DNA from: an uncultured delta proteobacterium
GTDB lineage: Bacteria > Myxococcota_A > Polyangia > Polyangiales > Houyiibacteriaceae
Direction: 5' to 3'
Length of the DNA: 64,000 bases
NCBI GenBank assembly: GCA_963699755.1
Contig: CAVOVB010000005.1
Location: 32,001-96,000, forward strand
Notes under the pieces: model-generated
The model's database searches: none
Told to the model about the DNA's origin: nothing
Seen by the model: only the letters and a program-made list of their open reading frames with translations
In this document: one piece after another, positions 41,079 to 50,091 of the stretch
How the letters are laid out: every line of letters begins with the position of its first letter
Position numbering within the stretch: position 1 is the stretch's first letter
Position numbers and translations under genes: made by a program

Positions 41079-41385
41079 GAGAGCCCACGCGCAGGGCGTT
41101 CGTCGCTACCAACGCCTTCGGCTCAGTGCCGAGCCACCTCGGGAGAGTCGCTACTTCGGCTTGCCGGACTGCGTCCCATGACCAATACCAGCGCCTATGC
41201 GTCCCGCGCGGAGCCTCGGAGGCCCACTTTCGTGCGATCACGCGCGGAGCCTAGTCGCCCAGCCGAGTCGAATTGGTGCCGCGCCCGTTCGAAGCCGAGG
41301 CCTTGCCGTGAATAACTTCGTTCCCGCCCGTGAGCTCGACGCTCGCAAGGGGTCGTACTCGAACATACCGAACAGGGGGCTACGG

Positions 41386-41703
41386 ATGAGCAGGATGTCC
41401 ATTATCACCGGGCTGTTGCTGCTGAGCACCGCCGCATGCGGTCGTTCGACGACGTCCGAGCAGGCGGCCGCGGAGCCGACGTATCCCGTGGAACCGTCCG
41501 AGCCGACCGAGCCCGCACAGCCCAACGAGGATTCCGAGGAAGTGGTCGAGGGATCGAGCGACCCCTACTACATGGGCGAAAGACGCGCGCCGGTCATTCG
41601 GCACGAAGTCCGCGAAGAGGTCCGCAGGGAAGACGAGGTCCGCGAGGATGTGGAAGCTGAGCATCGAGGCGAAGCAGCGCCTGTGGAACGCGGTCGCCGG
41701 TAG
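41386..41703 (+). CDS. small acidic lipoprotein
   Basis: ITGLLLLSTAAC lipobox; Glu/Pro-rich. Confidence 0.6.
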   Translation: MSRMSIITGLLLLSTAACGRSTTSEQAAAEPTYPVEPSEPTEPAQPNEDSEEVVEGSSDPYYMGERRAPVIRHEVREEVRREDEVREDVEAEHRGEAAPVERGRR

Positions 41704-41805
41704 GCCGCCGCCGACATCGCCGGCTTGGATGGAAAGTGTTTCGGGTCTACCGTCGATGAGAAAAAAGGGGCGACGATTATGCCCCGGACAGCAAGGAGAT
41801 ACGAA

Positions 41806-42339
41806 ATGAAGCTGGTTACGGCAGTCGTGTTCGCGCTCGCCCTCATGGTCGGCGCATCGACATTCAACCTTTCGGTCGCGGATGCTCAAGGCGCGAAGCA
41901 GGCCGAACGCGCGGCCCAAAAGGCGGACAAGAAGGCAGCGGACACCGAGAAGCAAGCCAAGAAGGCGGAGAACAAGGTCGAAAAGGCCGAGGACAAGGCC
42001 AAAGAGGTGAAGGACAAAGGAAAGTCCGATGCGGTAGCCCGCAAGCAGGCCGACAGGGTGGAAGCCGAAGCGCGCGCTTCGGAGGACAATGCACAGAAAG
42101 CCAAAGCCGAGGCGGCCAAGGCCGGGAGTAAGGCCAAAGCGGAAGCGGACAAGGCCGCACGCAAAGAGCGCCTACAGGAGCAAGAAGACAAGCGCCACGA
42201 AGCGCAGATGAAGCAGATCGAGGCACGCCGGCAGCGGATGGTCGAGGCCCATCAAAAACAAATCAAGAACATCGAGGCGGCCAAGGAGCGCGAGAAGGAG
42301 CGCCACAGGAAGCGTCTCGAGCAAATCGACGCGCAGTAA
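41806..42339 (+). CDS. secreted Lys/Ala/Glu-rich coiled-coil protein
   Basis: AAGGAG RBS; signal peptide to VADA-Q; low-complexity helical body. Confidence 0.75.
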   Translation: MKLVTAVVFALALMVGASTFNLSVADAQGAKQAERAAQKADKKAADTEKQAKKAENKVEKAEDKAKEVKDKGKSDAVARKQADRVEAEARASEDNAQKAKAEAAKAGSKAKAEADKAARKERLQEQEDKRHEAQMKQIEARRQRMVEAHQKQIKNIEAAKEREKERHRKRLEQIDAQ

Positions 42340-42515
42340 CATCGAGGCGGCCAAGGAGCGCGGATAGGGAAGATCTGACCGAGGTCGGCGCCCGGAAAGG
42401 TATGTTTGCAGTCGTCCAAGCGGTCACGCGATGCATGACGGAGCGGGTCGAAGCGGCCAGCGGAAAAACCTGACACGATCGTGAATGCAAACCCGATGGC
42501 CGACGATGACTCGAG

Positions 42516-44243
42516 CTACTCGAGTCGCAGGAATGGGCGACTGCACTCGTCGCCGACGTGCTCTTTCGAGAAGAACGTGGAGGTATTGAGGTTTGCGTTG
42601 GTCGGGTTGTCGTGTGCGACGAGGATCGTGATCTTCCCATCCGCGTCGCTCGCGATTCGCTCCGTGACGTAGTCGGTCAGGTCGAAGGCGTATCGGGTCC
42701 CGTCGTCATCGATTCCATTGCTGTCCTGATCATAGGCCCCTCCCAGCATGAAGTCGTATCCGGCGATCAACAGAGGGACGCCAGCGCTCTGATCGAACGG
42801 GATCAGCGAGGCGTTCAAGTTCCGCGGCGCGTTGTTCCACGTGATTTCGTCCTCGGCAAGCGAGTCCGGATCCCAATCGTCGTCATCGGTGATGCCGTAG
42901 AAGTTGAAAGGCTGGGGTCCCGACTGCTCTGGTGTCGGCCCAAGAACATGCCGCTCTAGCGTGAGAACGAGGGTCGCGCTCTGCACGTTCGCCGGGCGAT
43001 CGCTGAGATCAAACACCATGTAGATTTTGCGAGTGAACCCGAGGTTGGATGTCGACCGGCACAGAAGATTTGATTGGTTTCCGAAGTTCGTATTGGCCAG
43101 CATTCGATCCGGCTCCGGACCGGTGCCGGTAACGTAGGTGTCGGCGATGGGAAGTCGATCCGTGCCTTGAAGATCACAGGTCTCCGGTCCGGCGACGGCC
43201 TCGGTGGTGGTGTCGCAGGTAGCGCCGCCCGGACTGAAGTCGGCATTGAGGAGCTTCGCCCACGTGGTCTCGTAGTCGATCGGGTTTCCGCTGCCGTCCT
43301 GGCCGGTCACCTTGACGCACGCCGCCCCCCTGAACTCATTCGAGATGAAGGAGTTGTCTCCGGCGGGTGTGTTGCCGAACGGAATGCAGTACGGGAGGTT
43401 GATAATCGTGAAGCCCACCGTTGCGTCCCCGCTCGACATGTCCGCGCCGCCGGAAGTGGCGACCCCGCCCGTGATCGTGACGCTTGGCGGCGCTGAAACG
43501 TAGTCATTCAACGTGAAAATCTGATTGCCGTTGATTCGCGCGACTCCGACTGGTTCGAAGGCGCCGTCGATGGTGCCCGTGAGAATGGAAATCACCTGGC
43601 GAATCTTGAAGCAAGCAAACTCGATCGTTTGGGGACCGTTCGCGGTGCTTCTCGTGATGGTCAGGGTGTCGGTGCTGAGCTGGTCGCCAAACGAAAGGTC
43701 GACCAGGATCCCGTTGATGGACGCGAGCACTTTGAACGACCCCGTGATCGTGATGTCGCTGCCGGCGGTCAGGTTTACCGTGGCGATGCCTTCACTTGGG
43801 AACGCACCGATGATCGAAGGGGTCACCGCTTCGATCTCGATGGCGATCGTGCCATCGATCGCTTGACCCGATAAGACCGATCCCAAACAACCGGTGAAGG
43901 TGACGGTGGCCTGCTGCCCAACCGCGACCGTGTTGTAGCTCAGCCTGGCTCCGCCTCCGCCAGGGCACGTCAGGCTTATGTCTGCCTTCCTCGTCACGCC
44001 CAGGTTTCCGGGCGGCGGCGTTTCCGCCAACGTGCCAATGGCACTTCCCACGAGCCCGCCGAGCTCTGCCGCCACCGCAATGGCGATCGCATTGCCGCTC
44101 GACGCGGCTAGCGCGTTGTCGGCGTCGAAGCTGATCGGAACGCTCCCGCCCGTTCCGCCCGCCCCAGTCCCAGCATCCCCACCGCATCCGGCCCACGCAA
44201 CTGCGGCCACCAATGCGAAAGCCGCGCGACCAACTGCTTTCAT
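42516..44243 (-). CDS. lipoprotein with C-terminal DNRLRE/CBM96-like domain
   Basis: WAGC lipobox; PIADTYV...NTNFG...YMVFDLS...SATLVL...ITWNNAP...FFSKE...RPFL. Confidence 0.8.
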   Translation of the reverse strand: MKAVGRAAFALVAAVAWAGCGGDAGTGAGGTGGSVPISFDADNALAASSGNAIAIAVAAELGGLVGSAIGTLAETPPPGNLGVTRKADISLTCPGGGGARLSYNTVAVGQQATVTFTGCLGSVLSGQAIDGTIAIEIEAVTPSIIGAFPSEGIATVNLTAGSDITITGSFKVLASINGILVDLSFGDQLSTDTLTITRSTANGPQTIEFACFKIRQVISILTGTIDGAFEPVGVARINGNQIFTLNDYVSAPPSVTITGGVATSGGADMSSGDATVGFTIINLPYCIPFGNTPAGDNSFISNEFRGAACVKVTGQDGSGNPIDYETTWAKLLNADFSPGGATCDTTTEAVAGPETCDLQGTDRLPIADTYVTGTGPEPDRMLANTNFGNQSNLLCRSTSNLGFTRKIYMVFDLSDRPANVQSATLVLTLERHVLGPTPEQSGPQPFNFYGITDDDDWDPDSLAEDEITWNNAPRNLNASLIPFDQSAGVPLLIAGYDFMLGGAYDQDSNGIDDDGTRYAFDLTDYVTERIASDADGKITILVAHDNPTNANLNTSTFFSKEHVGDECSRPFLRLE

Positions 44244-44804
44244 CGAATCCTCCTCTTCCGGACACCGATCTGGTTTTGGCCACCTGACCCGGATAGATTA
44301 CCCCAAAGCCCGGTCCTTGGAATAGCGATCGGAAGGCAAAAGGGATCCGGCCGACGTTGCGCTGAACGGGGCGAGGCCCGGGCGATTCCGCCCTCTTTTT
44401 TCGCGAGGAACGACTCACGCGGCCTGGTGCCCCGTCCGACTCGTACGAACCTTGCGACGATGAGCATCATCTGCTTGCCGCCACCACCTGAGCTCGGCCT
44501 GTAGTCGATGCCCCCTTCGACGGTGACGGCGAGCGCCGCGATGGCGATAGAGGAGTGACAACGGGACATCGGGCCTCCTTGGGCGAGGCCTTGGAAAATG
44601 CGTCACAAGAGCGACCCTTCACAACGCTGAAAGCGGCGGCCGTCGACGCCGTCTGCAACGTCGGGTTCCACGTCCATGCTGTCGGCATGGCGCTCCCGTG
44701 CTGTTGTTCCCTGTGCTTGGCTTCGCGTTCCTGCCGCTGTTCTTCGATGAGATTTCGTGGATCCCACCTGCGCTCTTCCGAGGTAGGGTGCGAGCGCCAC
44801 ACGC

Positions 44805-45224
44805 ATGACTGAACCCCGCAAGACCAGGAGCTATGCCCTGATCGGCGCTGCGGCGCTGCTGATTGGGCTTTGGCCGATCATGATCGCATTCGATATCGTG
44901 CATGCGCCGCCCGACAGCATTCATGCCCCTCGATGGGTGTTGGCGGCCGCCGGTGGCGTGTTCCTGTTGGGCGGCTGCATGGTCTTCCTGCAAGCGCACG
45001 AACGGCTCTTGGATCTGCTCGCTAGCGCGCTGCTATCGATATTCTGTGCGCTCGGTGTCTGGGCGTCCTTGTTCGCGCCGGCAGAGAGCTTCTCGGGCGG
45101 ACTGTTTTTCCTGTCGCATGAGATGAACGTGAAGATAGGTCGTGGCGTGTCTGGTTTCGGCGCCATGCTGACATTCGCCTGCGCACTCTATGCCTTCCGT
45201 CTGGCCGCCAGGGGTCGGCGCTGA
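44805..45224 (+). CDS. four-TM hypothetical membrane protein
   Basis: Four hydrophobic segments; SIHAPRWVLAAAGGVF. Confidence 0.65.
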   Translation: MTEPRKTRSYALIGAAALLIGLWPIMIAFDIVHAPPDSIHAPRWVLAAAGGVFLLGGCMVFLQAHERLLDLLASALLSIFCALGVWASLFAPAESFSGGLFFLSHEMNVKIGRGVSGFGAMLTFACALYAFRLAARGRR

Positions 45225-45263
45225 GCGGCGCCAACGCAGATGCCCCGAACGCCCGGAGCTCTG

Positions 45264-45414
45264 TCAACCCGCGGCCGGCACCCAGGCGCCTCCGGAATAT
45301 CGCAGGAAGGACTTGCCCTCGTCGACCCATGCGAACAGGTGAATCCATCGGTTTTCGACGAGCTCCGCGACACTCTGGTGTTTCGCGAGCACTCTGTCGA
45401 TTTGTTCCGTTGGA
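45264..45414 (-). pseudogene. C-terminal remnant of DUF2309/DabA inorganic-carbon pump subunit
   Basis: Hand translation PTEQIDRVLAKHQSVAELVENRWIHLFAW...*; cut at the end of repeat copy B. Confidence 0.65.
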
Positions 45415-45518
45415 CTGATAGTCGATGTAAGCGCCCTTTCAGCTTCGCGCTCTACGCGACATCACATCTAGCTCCGCGCGATTCGGCTCTCAGCTTGATC
45501 CCGATGGGCTAAGAGGCC
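45415..45518. repeat. 104-bp dispersed element, copy B
   Basis: 84/104 identity to 34801-34904, same orientation. Confidence 0.9.
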
Positions 45519-45538
45519 GCGACGAGGCTGCCCTCCGC

Positions 45539-45880
45539 CTAGTTCACCGAGATGCCGAGCCCCTGGAATGCGGTCTGCTGCGGCAGAGATTCGTCGGTGA
45601 CCTGGACCGTGAAGCTCGAGCTTCCCGACGTCGTAGGCGTGCCGGAAACGATCCCCGCCTCGTCGAGCGCAAGGCCGGCCGGGAGGTCGCCGGAGGCAAG
45701 GCTCCAGGTGTAGGGCCGGATGCCGTCAGAAGCCTCGAGCGTCGCGGAGTAAGGCACACCTTCCGTCCCGCCGGGGAGCGAAATCGTGGTAACCGTCAGT
45801 GCTGGGAGGCCATCGTCGTCTCCGCAAGCAGCGGCCATTCGGCCCGCCGCGATCACGAAAAAGAAGCGATGCGATCTCAT
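45539..45880 (-). CDS. small lipoprotein with one putative Ig (He_PIG-like) domain
   Basis: AAGGAG RBS; AAAC-GDDD; TTISLPGG..GVPYSATL...YTWSLASGDLPAGLAL...SGTPT...FTVQVTD. Confidence 0.75.
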   Translation of the reverse strand: MRSHRFFFVIAAGRMAAACGDDDGLPALTVTTISLPGGTEGVPYSATLEASDGIRPYTWSLASGDLPAGLALDEAGIVSGTPTTSGSSSFTVQVTDESLPQQTAFQGLGISVN

Positions 45881-45919
45881 ACGTCTCTCCTTTGGATGGG
45901 TACCGGCTGGTCATCCTGC

Positions 45920-47081
45920 CTAGCCGCACGCCCCGAAGGAACCCATTGTCGGGGCTACCTCTGAAGCGGAACCAGCAAGAAGCGGCCCAGTCCGAGGGGC
46001 GCGGCTTGCCTTGTCCGATCCGCGTCCTGCCCGAGCCGCGCACGAAAACCACGAGGTCAGCGCTGCATTTCCTGCGTCCCTCCGCGTCAGGTTTGCGTAC
46101 ACAGGGCGTCTCCTCCCAACATCGCCTCGCGGAGCTCGTTGCGGTGAATGCGTGCGGCGCCGAGTGCATCCTGGTACTCGCGCCAAAGCCGGTCATCGAG
46201 CAGTCGTTCAAGCGGCCGTTTCTCGTAGGTCTTCACTTGGTCTGGGCCCGGGACGAAATCGCCGTATCGCTCGCAGAGCCGCTCCTTGGACCATCGGGGC
46301 CCCAACGCCGATGCTTTGCACACCAGATTGGGCCTGGTCGCGTCCATAATCGCTAGCCCGTTCCCGCGCCGCGCCATGCGGACTCCGAAACGCTTCAGCT
46401 CCTCATGGAGAGCCTCCACGACCCGATGCGGTCAAGCGACTTGGCTTCGCCGATGTTCCTCCGTGCCCAACGGGCGAAACCCACATCAAGGAGCCGCTTA
46501 GCCTCGAGCACCGTGTTCCTCCGTGCCCAACGGGCGAAACTCTCGATGCCCCGGTGCGCCTGGAAGTCGCGGGGCTGGTGGCTCCGGGAACGACCTACCG
46601 TCCGGTCCACCCTGCGGAGGCCAAGCTCCTCTTCGAGCGCGGTCGCAAGGGCCTGAAACGCACGGATGGCCTGGTACGGGTGATGGATCTTCAGCGTGTC
46701 CAGATGGATCTTGTTCACCGCCACATGAAGATGCTCGTGCTCCTGCTCGCTATGACGCGCCACGGTGTATTGGTGCTCTCCGAGCCCTGCCGCCCCCACT
46801 GCCCGGGAAACGACATCCTCGAGCTCCGCCGGCGTCAGGCGCCGGTCCTCTGCGTGAAACGAGATGACCAGGTGATGGGTCTTGTTGCCCTTGGCCCTCA
46901 CATTGCCTTGTTGAAGCAGTTCGCCTACCTCGACCGCAAGCTCGGCGTCCTCCTGTCGATACAGGCCCTCGAGGTTCCCGGCCGTGTACCGGGCCTTGTG
47001 CTCGGTCAGGGCCTTCTTGAGCAAGCCCCTGCACCGGTAGATAGTGAGCCGCGCTCCACGCTTGTCGAGGGCCGATCTCAC
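45920..47081 (-). pseudogene. MOB_P/TraI-like relaxase, fragmented over three frames
   Basis: HHLVISFHAED, EHQY..ARHSEQEHEHLHVAVNKIH, LEEELGL; then EALHEELKRFG..RGNGL..KASAL. Confidence 0.85.
46454..46540. repeat. 27-bp direct repeat pair around a 33-bp unique insert
   Basis: TGTTCCTCCGTGCCCAACGGGCGAAAC at 46454-46480 and 46514-46540, identical. Confidence 0.95.
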
Positions 47082-47509
47082 TCCGCGCGCGCGAATAAGC
47101 CGAAGGCGTTGCGCGCGTCAACCAGGTGCGGCAGCGCGAACGTCGAAGACGTCGCGCCCAGCGCCCCCAGCCTTGTTAGACAAGACTCCACCTTGCCTGA
47201 AAAACATGAGGACACAAAGCGGCAACGAGTGTCCAACGCCGACCAATATGGGCACATCTCGTCACAATGCGGCGGCCGCGGGCGAAGACTGTCCAAACCT
47301 GTCCTACTCGAACAGCATGGAACGAAGTTCGCCGAGCTTCGCCGGCAATCGACCAAGTTAGACAGAGTGCGTCAAACTAGAACGACAGGCTGCGACAGCG
47401 CACGCCAGAACGTCTGACGTGTTGGTGCGAAGAAACCGACGCGCCCGATTGCACCAAGAAAAGTGTTCCGTCCGTGCAACTTTTCAGGGGGCAAAACCGA
47501 TAACAGGGA

Positions 47510-47734
47510 ATGGCAGGTACGAGTCACAGCACGCATGTCGCCACCTGGCTGACTTACACGCAGGCGGCCACCTACACCGGTTGGTCGATCCCGCATCTAC
47601 GAACCCTCGTCTCGGGAGGCCAAATTCCGGTCTGCGGCCGGCCGCGCTTGCGCAGATTCCGTCGGGATATGTTGGACCTCTTCCTGACGAATCCGGACAT
47701 GGCGATGCGGAAGCTCCTCTCAGAAGGGAACTGA
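47510..47734 (+). CDS. excisionase-like HTH protein
   Basis: WLTYTQAATYTGWSIPHLRTLVSGGQIP...RRFRRDMLD, directly upstream of integrase. Confidence 0.8.
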   Translation: MAGTSHSTHVATWLTYTQAATYTGWSIPHLRTLVSGGQIPVCGRPRLRRFRRDMLDLFLTNPDMAMRKLLSEGN

Positions 47735-48811
47735 ATGCATCGCCGTTAGAAGACTAGACAAGTCATGGCAATGCGACTTCACGATCGAAGGCCACGGACG
47801 CCGGCGCAAAGCTGGTTTGCAAACCAAGGCCGAAGCGCGGGAAGCCGAACGACGACAACGCGAAGAGCTCATCTCTGGGCAAAGCGCTTTCTCATGAAGG
47901 ACGCGTTCAGGATGTGCCTGTCCGCCACCACGATGAAGCCTGGCAGCCGAGACAACTGCACGCGCTTCTGGCGCGAGCTCGAGTCGCAGATCGGGCGCCT
48001 GTACATCGAGCAAGTCGACACCTCGGTGATCGACGAGCTCAAGGCAGGCTTGCCAACACACCTCGGACCGGAGTCGATCAACAACCGCCTCAAGATCGTG
48101 CGGGCGGTGCTCCGGTTCATGTGAAAACGAGGGCACTTGAAATCGGTGCCCTACGTGCCGATGGAGAGTGCACCGGAACCGGCCATCGACTGGTATGCGG
48201 AAGAGGAGCGAGACCGGCTGCTCCGAGGCATGTTCGACATGTTCCCCCAATGGTACGCGTTCTTCTACCTGACGACCCGGCTTGGTCTTCGCACGGGCGA
48301 AGTCTATGCGATCGCGCGAGATCGAATCCGGAACATTCCCCCGCAGCTCATCGTCTATCGGGCGGTGCAACGGGGCAACAAAGAACGGCCCGCCATGCTT
48401 GGGCCGCGCAAGAACAACAAGGTGCTGACCCTCGCCCTCACCGAGGACCTGGTCGACGCCATTCGTTGGCACATCCAGCAAGGGTACGCGGGCCCGGAGT
48501 TCCTGTTCAGCAAGGACGGGACCTTCCCCACGCGCATCTACTCCCACGCGAGGCCCTTGCGAATCGTGCAACGAGCCCTGGGCCTCCGGGAAATCGGCCA
48601 CCACCAGGTCGGCAGGCATTCGGTGGCCAGCCAAGCCGCGACCGGAGGTCACTCCATCAAGACGATTCAGGCGCAGCTCGGGCACAAGTCGGCCAAGAGC
48701 ACACATCAGTACGCCCACCTTGGGCAGCGGGCGCAGCTTCGAATCGTTAAGGCCCTGCGGCCTGCCTCACCGCCTCACGTCAACGTCAGGTCAACGAGCG
48801 AAAATCGGTAG
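47735..48811 (+). pseudogene. tyrosine recombinase/integrase with frameshift (~47878) and in-frame TGA (48122-48124)
   Basis: N-terminal WQCDF...TKAEAREAE; catalytic GLRTGE, K, HQVGRHS, LGHKS..ST..YAH. Confidence 0.9.
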
Positions 48812-48865
48812 CTGCCCCCGAATGCTGCAAGCACCGGGAATCACGCCCCAATCGCGGGCGCCCGA

Positions 48866-48902
48866 TTAAGAAAGGGGCGACCCGGCACGGATCGCCCCTT
48901 TT
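48866..48902 (-). terminator. intrinsic terminator (probably bidirectional)
   Basis: AAAGGGGCGA(C)CCG/CGG(A)TCGCCCCTTT stem; minus strand ends UUUCUUAA. Confidence 0.85.
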
Positions 48903-49930
48903 GGAAGCTCGCTAACCTCGCGACGAGAAACTCGTCGCTGGGCTTGGTGCATGCGTATACGTCGCACGCACCACGACCGACTTTGTCTGGACTTCGAGCG
49001 CGAGGCTCGATGGTGGGCCTATTAAGCCCTTCCTGCTTTGCGCGACACGTTTCGGCGCGATGCGTTCCCCGTCGGGAAGCCTGCTAACCCCCCGCATGAG
49101 CTGTTGGACTCACTGGAGGAGCTTTGACCGACACGTCCCGTGCGCTGACGTCGTACCTCTCGACACGAATGTTTCGAGATACCAAAGACTCGCATAGGTC
49201 GCCCTATGCTCTTCGTTTGGACAGAGTCCCAGCAACGGTTTGGGTTTAGCAAACCATCGTGATTGGACTCCGCGACGACTCTCGCCGTACCTGAACCCTT
49301 GGTTTTCGGCTATCCAAGGGCGCGTATGGGGAAGCGCTTCTGGCGGATCCGATGGCTCATGCCGCACTACGCCACCGCCGGAGCTTTCGCTCTCGGTGCG
49401 GGGCTGGTGCGCAGCATGTTCAGGCCGACGCGTGCAATCCAGAGTTTTGGTTTTCAAAGATGGGCACCCGAACCTCGTGAGATTACCGTCACCGGTTCCG
49501 AACCGGCTTGTAGACGGTGAGGCGACGGTGTCACCCCGTCGCGCTCGCTTTGGCGGGCCCTCGTTCCGCCGAAACGGACGAGCACCGAACCGCTGACGCG
49601 CCGTCACGACCATCGGTCAGCCCTAGTGCCAGGCACCTCCGACGGCTCGTCAAGAATCTTCGCGCCCACCCGATGGTGAAACCAAGCGGTGCCCCGATTC
49701 TAGCGCGCCTTCCACCGTTGCCCTTCGCGTCGCCAGCCATCGTCAAGCTCTCGCTCGACTCTAACCCACGCATCAGACCAACGGCTTTTGCAATACTCAC
49801 GACCCACGGACACGTTCGGCGTTCTCGACGCCTTCCGACTGCGCGACCTTTCGGCCTCGCCCCTCGCCCCGTGAGAGTGAGAAACAGCAACTTGCGTTGC
49901 TGTCGTCAGATGGGTTGATTCAAAGAACGT
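48866..49930 (-). ncRNA. candidate large structured non-coding RNA of about 1.05 kb (possibly two RNAs), family unrecognised
   Basis: No credible ORF; dense helices with G-U pairs and GNRA tetraloops on the minus strand; two boxA-like motifs; terminator. Confidence 0.7.
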
Positions 49931-50001
49931 CCGAGCTCGCTGTCGCGATCTTCCGATCCCTCTTGTCACCGATCCGCCGGTCCAGATCAACGAAATTCGC
50001 C

Positions 50002-50059
50002 TGTGGAAAAGATGTTTCTTTTTCCACAAGCAAAGCGCATTGCGCCCAAATCATCCACA
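50002..50059. promoter_or_regulatory. cluster of three DnaA-box-like 9-mers
   Basis: TGTGGAAAA 50002-50010, TTTTCCACA 50020-50028, TCATCCACA 50051-50059 versus TTWTNCACA. Confidence 0.55.
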
Positions 50060-50091
50060 GGAGGCCGCAGAATCAAAATAGCGTTTTGATT

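Noticed and set aside
44300..44800. Gene or RNA in this gap (also 26420-26640, 30490-30750, 36012-36226)
   Set aside because: Probably decayed fragments, but no frame or fold could be assigned with confidence
46454..46540. Bona fide CRISPR array
   Set aside because: Only two repeats, the repeat is relaxase coding sequence, and there is no leader or cas gene in the window
48866..49930. Identification as tmRNA, RNase P RNA, rRNA or a group I/II intron
   Set aside because: No tRNA-like ends or CCA, no GAGGAAAGUCC, no universal rRNA segments, and no intron P/Q/R/S or domain V motifs recognised by eye
49980..50091. Chromosomal oriC
   Set aside because: Only three boxes, no dnaA/dnaN/gidA context and no clear unwinding element
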